Source: the human T2T-CHM13v2.0 reference genome, Homo sapiens. From it: a stretch of 64,000 nucleotides of DNA. Shown piece after piece: positions 55,646 to 64,000 of this stretch (position 1 is the stretch's first letter; each line of letters begins with the position of its first letter). The notes below the pieces were generated by a model. That model ran no database searches and was not told the DNA's origin. It worked only from the letters and a program-made list of their open reading frames with translations. The position numbers were made by a program, and so were the translations under genes. Where the stretch lies: assembly GCF_009914755.1 (NCBI RefSeq), contig NC_060927.1; one strand, written 5' to 3'.

Positions 55646-56506
55646 TTTTTAAACTGGTTTTTAGAAAGGTGATTCAAAGACTCCTACAACACATGAATAG
55701 GCAAAGAGATAAACAGAATAGAACAGGAAGTTCAGCATTAGTGACATCTCCAATTACTGAGGTTAAGACAGACTTTTAAATAAATAGTGCAGAGACAAAT
55801 AGGTAATTATTTGGAAAAAAAAGTAAAGCTAGATTCTTATAATAAACTACAATGGACCAAGAATCTAAATGTAAAAAAATGAAACACTACAGGCACCTGA
55901 AGAAAATACAGGTGAATTCTTCTTTAACTTTGGTGTAAGGAAAGACTTTGTTAACTCCAAATCTGGGGGCAATAAACAATAGATTGATAAATCTGACTAC
56001 ATAAAAAGAAAACCAAATTGCATGACAAAAAACAACAAAGTCAGAAGACAACTGACAAACCGGGAGAAAATAATTGCAGTATATACCACAGACAAGAGCT
56101 AATGAGCGAAGAATTCTTAAAAATTGAGGACAAAGGACCAAAAACCATAAAGAAAAATGGGAAAGAGACATGAACATATAATTCATAGTAAAAGATATTA
56201 AAGTGATTCTTAAACACATTCTTAAAAGTTCAACCTCACACATAATTAGAGAAATGCAAATTAAAACGATACTGGAAGAACAATTCTCACCTATTGGACC
56301 AGAAAACCTTTTAAAATAAGACAACAAATTCTACTGGTGAGACTGTTGTGAGAGAAGCACCCTCATACATTGTCGGTGGTAACGCAAATTGGTACAACCC
56401 TCTCCTAGATGAAAAGTTGATAATATCTAACAAAACTACATAAGCATTTATACATATGAATTAATATGGAGTGATTTCCAGGACATACTCTCAGTGAAAA
56501 AAATCA

Positions 56507-56845
56507 GGCAAGGTGCAATGGCTCATGCCTGTAATCTCAGCATTTTGTGAGACCAAGGCAGGCAGATCACTTGAGCCCAGGAGTTTGAGACCAACCTGGA
56601 AAACATGGCAAAACTCTGTCTCTACCAACAACAACAGCAAAAAAAATAGTGGGGCATGGTAGCACATGTCTAGTCTTAGCTACTCAGGAGGCTGAGGTGG
56701 TAGGATCGCTTGAGCCCGGGTGGGTGAGGCTGCAGTGAGCCAAGACTGCACCACTGCATTCCAGACTGGGTGATAGAGTAAGACTCTGTCTCAAAAAAAA
56801 AAAAAAACGCAGAGAAAAGAAAAGAGAAGAAAGAAAAAAGAAAAC
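56507..56845 (+). mobile_element. AluJ-like
   Basis: Diverged full Alu with A-rich tail. Confidence 0.85.
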
Positions 56846-57998
56846 GTGCCAAAGAGTATCTATATAATGTAACTCTTCATGCAAAAAAAAAAAAGGGAGC
56901 TATAAGAAAATAGCATGTGTGTGTTCATTGCTGCAAAAGAAATCCAGAAAGAATAGGCCTGAAATTAAAGAAACTGATTATCTATAAGGCTGGATGGGCA
57001 GGCGGCAGAAAGGAGGAGGAAATGGAAATGGCCAGGGTGCAAGGATGAGACGGAAGTGACATTTCTTTAAGCCTATCTTTTGTAAAGTTCTGACTCCTAG
57101 AACCATGGTAATATTTCACATGCCCTTCATATACCCAAAATATAAACAAAATCAAACAGGATGTGGGGCAAATCCTAAAATGGAATACAAACACTAAAAA
57201 AATGAGTTTGAGTGTCCTACAAATTACTAACAAAACCATGGTAAAGGGAGTGGGAAAGAAAAGAACTACCAGTATCTTAACAGGATGCTCTAAGGCTAAA
57301 GACAAAAAACACTGAATATAAATGAACATAAAGTGAATATAAATCTAGTCAGTAAATGTGTTTCTCACAGAGGTATTATGGGTTACCTAGTCTGAAATTC
57401 ATAGACTGAATAAGTAAATATATTGTAGATGAACAATATTACAAATAAAAAGGGCTGAATGATCATGGTGTTTGGACTGGAATCAGAGATATCAGTATAA
57501 ACTCATGGTTTTTAACATAGACATATGCAGAGAGATACAATAATACAGATGTAGTATCATCGGTTAGTGCACATACATGTATGTCCTAGCTCTTATCTGC
57601 CAAAAAGTCCTAGAAACAATGACACTCCGCTTCGCAATGGCATACCTAGTACCAGATCTTGTTTCCTCTAACATTCTCCAATAGGAACCAGGGATCCTTA
57701 GAGAAGTGGTTGATTCCAGGGCTGGGACAGGGACCACGCAATATGAACCTGGAACACCTTGTGGTGTCTGAAAGTAAGGAAGTGCTCAAGGGGACTTTTT
57801 GAAGGAACACAGGAGCCAGTCTGAAGGAGTGCCTTATGGCTAAAGCTGGAGCAACGTTAGCAACAAAATAAATAATCATACCATTGGATTTTATCCCATA
57901 GAATAAAATAAACATCCGAGTCCATACTGAAATCATTATATAATTGAATATACAGGGAGAAGGAACAGCTCTTCATTACATAAGAATTCCAAGCAATA

Positions 57999-58333
<335 letters not shown>

Positions 58334-58894
58334 TTAAATTAATGTTAATCAAAGACCATAGTAATACCTGTAGCTGTCAAGATCTACCAATAGATACCAA
58401 AATTGGTGGGCAGAAGTTTGAGAAGAAACAGGGTATATGCAGTTTCAAAGTATCCCCTCCAAGATACTCATTAACTACAAAAGAAAAGATAGTAATTTTA
58501 CAGTGGAGAAGCCCCACACATCACAAATAATCAAGGTTAACAAATAATCAAATAATCAAGGTTAACATGATAAGAAGTATTGACATCATGAACCCCTTGG
58601 TACGATTCACTGAGGATACAAAATCATTTCTGTAATATTCTCACCAAAAACACATAACTTCATTCCAGTCATAACAAAATATCAAACAAACCAAAATTGA
58701 TAGATAGTCTACCAAATAACTGACTACTACTCTCTGAAAGGGTCAAGGTAACAAAAGGCAAGGAAAGACTGAGGAATGGTCACAGACTACAGAACACTAA
58801 GGAGACATGAAAACTAAATGCAATGTGGGATCCTGGAACAGAAAAGGTACGTTAGTGAAAAAGCTAGCGAAACTCATATGAGGTCTGTATATTA

Positions 58895-59209
<315 letters not shown>

Positions 59210-59438
59210 TAACTTTATGTGGAGGCTGGGTGAGGGGAGTACAGAAAATCTCTGAACCATTTTTGTAACTTTTCTATAAGTCTAAAATTAGTTCAAAATA
59301 AAACATTTTTAAAAATATTCCCTGATGAAAAAGAAGATGAAGAGGGTATGGGAGAAAGCAGAAGAAGAAGGAGCCTGTGAGAGTTGAGAAGCCTCATTCG
59401 TTGGAGGTCATAGTGGCAGCCTATGTTGACATCTCTAA

Positions 59439-59758
<320 letters not shown>

Positions 59759-59978
59759 AGCCCTCTCTTTACGTTTTATCCTCCCAACTTTCAGAAAGTT
59801 GAAAGGGTTTCTGTGTTTATAAGAAATAGTATAAAATTGTTATTCTAAGCCACATACAGTTTAGAGTGTAAGCCACATATGGCTATAGAGCACTTGAAAT
59901 GCATGATGAGGTGTGGTGAAAAGAGTGAAACATGCTGGATTTCAAAGACAGTACAAAACAAAAAATAAAGAGAAAAAT

Positions 59979-60415
59979 GGCCTGGCACGGTGGCTCATGC
60001 CTGTAATCCCAGCACTTTGGGAGGCTGAGGCTGGCGGATCACAAGGTCAGGAGATCGAGACCATCCTGGCTAACGTGGTGAAACCCCATCTTTACTAAAA
60101 ATACAATAAATTAGCCGGGCATAGTAGCACGCATCTGTACTCCCAGCTACTTGGGAGGCTGAGGTAGATCTTGAAAGCTACAGGTATTACTATGGTCTTT
60201 AATTAATGTTGATTTAAAATTTTTCTTCCTTCCACCTACATTTTTTGTTGGATTTTTTTTTTTTTTTTTTTTGAGACAGAGTCTCGCTCTGTTGCCCAGG
60301 CTGTTGTGCAGTGGCGCAATCTCAGCTCACTGGAAGTTCCGCTTCCTGGGTTCAAGCCATTCTCCTACCTCAGCCTCCCGAGTAGCTGGGACTACAGGCG
60401 CATGCTACTATGCCA
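59979..60415. mobile_element. Truncated forward Alu (59979-60164) joined through an inverted duplication to a reverse Alu right arm (60253-60415)
   Basis: The Alu stops at ggctgagg and continues into the reverse complement of 58299-58388. Confidence 0.85.
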
Positions 60416-61179
60416 CATGGATGTCAGGATACCTGGAGATGTGTTTTTTGTAAATCAAAGAGTCAGACAGGAACTATTTTTTTATTGAAGATTTGCAAGG
60501 TAGAGATACGTAAAGAGGGCACAATGATTGATGTGGCACATTCTTTAACCATAAATTACTAGGCTAATGTTAGCTTTAGCACAGTGGTATGCTAAGACCC
60601 AGTTCATATCAGTTCACAAGAGCCAATTGTTTAATGTCCAGAAATGTTGCAAGCTGGTTGATAAAAATTCAAATAAAAAATTATATGACAAACAAAACCC
60701 ATCACTTCCTAATAATTTTTACTACATTTTGCTATTATCTATGATGAGGTTTCTTTACATCTATCTTAAAATGTATCTGTATACTAAAAATAAAATATAA
60801 TAACGTCCCACCACACATCTCTTCCCAACTCTGTGTTGCATGACATCACATTGGTACCATGAATTATGCCACCATGGGAGTATTTCCAAGCTGGTCCAAC
60901 CCATGGCCCACACAAATTCGTAAATTTTCTTAAAACATTGTGAGATTTGTGCACGGACCTTCTTTTATTTTTAAGCTCATCAGCCATCGTTAGCGTTACT
61001 GTATTTTATGTGTGGCCCAAGACAATTCTTATTCCAATGTGGCCCAGGGAAGCCAAAAGATCAGACACCCCTGATTATACCAAGGAACTCAAGAAATGCT
61101 ACAATTCTGAGCTTCTGTCTTGAAGAGCTAGTTGTTTGCCAGAATATCACTGTCTTTGAGAAGGGACTAAAACACAGAA

Positions 61180-61855
61180 AAATCAAAAGAACAGATAATA
61201 AATAACAAGGGTTAGGATGTGAAGAAGCTGGAATCGTCATACACTGCTGGTGGCACTGTAAAATGGTACAGCCACTTTGGGAAACAGTCTGGCAGTTCCT
61301 CAAAAGGTTAAACATAGTGTTACCATATGATCCGGCAATTCTACTCCTGGGTATCTAGCTGGGAAAAATGAAAACAAATGCCCTGTACACAAATATTTAC
61401 AGCAGCATTATTCATAATAGCCAGAAAGTGGAAACAACCCAAACGCCCATCAACTGAAGAATGAATAAACAAAATGTGGTATATTTATACAATAGACTAT
61501 TATTTGGCAATAAAAAGGAATTAAGTATTGATTCATTCTACAACACGGATAAACCTTGAAAATATGCTGGTGAAAGAAGCCAGTCACAAAAGGCCTTATA
61601 TTCTATGATTCCAGTTACATGAAATATCCAGAATAGGCAAATCCATAGAGACAAAAAGTGGTGATTGCTTAGGGCTTGGAGATGGGAGAAACAGAATGAC
61701 TGCTAATGGATGTGGGGTTTCTTTTTAGGATAAAAATGTTCTAAAATGTATTGTGATGTTACTTGCTCAACTCTGAATAGATCAAAAAGCATTTAACTGT
61801 ACACTTTAAACAGGTAAATTATATAGTATATGAATAATATTTCAATAAAGCTCAA
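61180..61855 (+). mobile_element. L1MB-like 3' region
   Basis: tgtaaaatggtacagccactttggaaaacagt...gaaagaagccagtcacaaaagg...caataaagct. Confidence 0.75.
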
Positions 61856-62123
61856 AAATCCATAGACCCCTTCTCCTTTGTTTCCCTAGATATAGGTTCC
61901 TAGGTCCCAGTTCAGTGGGAATGACATTAGAGAAACAAGCCTCGCTGGGCTCCTCCTGAGAGATGCTGAAGAGAGGAAACTGCAGTTTCCTACGAGTAAC
62001 CCACCAGACCAGAAGTCCCCAAAAGGAGGCCTTCAGGCTGGTTCTAGTTAACAGGCATGTTTAAATCTGAGCAGACAGCTGAAAAATCACAAGATTCCAC
62101 AGTTTTAAAAAATCCAGATTTCT

Positions 62124-62509
<386 letters not shown>

Positions 62510-63176
62510 TCACCTCCCTTCCACAGAGGCTGAGAGTCCACTGTATGTTCTTCTCTATCCCAAACAGAAAGCAAAAACTGAGGGGTCTGAGAGTTTCAAG
62601 AAAAATGAGTGACATCAGAGAGCTCTGAGAGAGTGAACACAGCCTTCCTGCTTCCCAGGCTAACATGGTGCACCGGTGTCAGAAGAACCAGCTTTTCCTT
62701 GCATGTGCAAGCCTCACTCGCTCATGTGCCTAGTCTGGCCCCAGCAGGTATGGGAAGATGCAATCCCTGTGTTAGATTCTAAGTGCCATGAAGGCAGAAC
62801 CATGTGCAGTTCAGTTCACAATTCCTCTCTACCAGCTAACACAGATTTGGCATAAAATAAAATGAGTAACCATGTGATGAAGGAGGGAACAAAGGCAGCC
62901 AGGAGCCCATGTTCTTGAATGATTCAACCCCACAGAAGCCATTTCAAGGTGAAAGAGCTCCTGAAGCCCAGCAATTCTTCTTTCTCTCACCTCACCTTCT
63001 TTCTGCATTACAGCTTACCCACCCACCCACCAAAATCAAGTTTAGTTCAAGGGGAAGTTTAGCCCTCTGAGCCAGCTAGGGATAGAATGGGTAAAACAAG
63101 GCAGTCGGTGGTGTGGGTCCTCAAAGCCTGACACCAGCCAGCCACAGCGCACCCTCTGGGTAATGCCACTACTCAC

Positions 63177-63308
63177 GCTTAACGAGGTATCCTGGGGAGT
63201 GGGCAGCGACGACGTGCAGGACAGTGCAGCCATCCCCATCCTTCTGGTTAATGCGGCCTTTCCACTCGGGCTTGTGATCCATTAACCACCGGAAAAGATG
63301 GTTTTCTC
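63177..63308 (-). CDS. TRANK1: TRANK1 coding exon (132 nt, phase 1-1), ankyrin repeat
   Basis: ttcccttcag|GA GAA AAC...GTT AAG C|gtgagt; encodes ENHLFRWLMDHKPEWKGRINQKDGDGCTVLHVVAAHSPGYLVK (ankyrin DxDGxTxLH); splices in frame to the 47654 exon. Confidence 0.9.
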
Positions 63309-64000
63309 CTGAAGGGAATTAAAATGACTTACTAATGTTTTCCACATACAGAAAGTCAGCAAAGTTAATTTGTGCAGAAGCAATAGATTAAAAAGAAAGA
63401 AAGAAAATCAGCAAAGCAAGTCAGTGTGGACCACGCTAAGGTAACCAAATGAGGAATCCAACATACGTTTCCACTCACCACAAACAGGTGTGGGGAGATG
63501 CAGGCGTTTGTCAAGTGAGAGGATGAGTTATAGAAAGCTACCCATAATCATCGTAGGTCAGGTTCCCTAGAAGCCTGAGACAGGGATTCTTATACATGTG
63601 ACTGAGCAAGAGATAGCATGAGAGAGAGCAAGGGAGGCAGGACAGGTAGGGGAAGCAGCTAAGCAAGGTTGTGATCCTAGTAGGGTCACTCCAGCCTGAC
63701 CTCATGAGCAGCCCTGCAGCAGGAATGCACCACAGCCTGGAGCCACCTTGAGGCACTGGGGCTGGCCTTTTGAATCCCCATGTCAGTCAATCAAGAGCTA
63801 CAGAATGCACTCAGGGAGAGGCAAGGTCCAGAGAGAACCTCTCTGGGAAGTGGTTTCTGTTGACAAAGAGCAACTCTCTGCCCAAGGGGCCAGCTGTGGG
63901 TTGTTAGCAGCTAACATTGACAACAGGTGGGGGTGAGGGGGTTGGTGGCAAAGAGGATCTGGGTGAGGCACAACAGCCTCCACTTTAATAATCAAGCCAG

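Overview
Primate (very likely human) genomic DNA. It holds the 3' ~63 kb of one minus-strand gene that I recognise as TRANK1 (LBA1). I traced 17 coding exons (63308 down to the TAA stop at 1624-1626) by hand. All have GT-AG junctions with matching phases, giving 8135 coding nt (~2710 aa); the gene's 5' end lies beyond the window. Domain order read from the translation: ankyrin repeats, low-complexity linker, a ~115-aa segment with the RelE/ParE toxin-superfamily pattern (inferred), an SF1A/UvrD-type helicase with motifs I-VI intact but apparently no 2B domain, a TPR/alpha-solenoid, a CCCH zinc finger, an RG motif, a split U1-type C2H2 finger and a basic tail. The main hunt result is that this looks like a sensor-helicase-ribonuclease 'defence-system' protein hidden in a human gene. 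The introns contain many Alu, L1, MER and MLT elements (including a young AluYa5) and a CBX3 (HP1-gamma) processed pseudogene with nested insertions and an expanded AT minisatellite. They also contain four short kb-range templated duplications, one of them inverted. Repeat subfamily names and domain calls come from pattern recognition, not from database searches.
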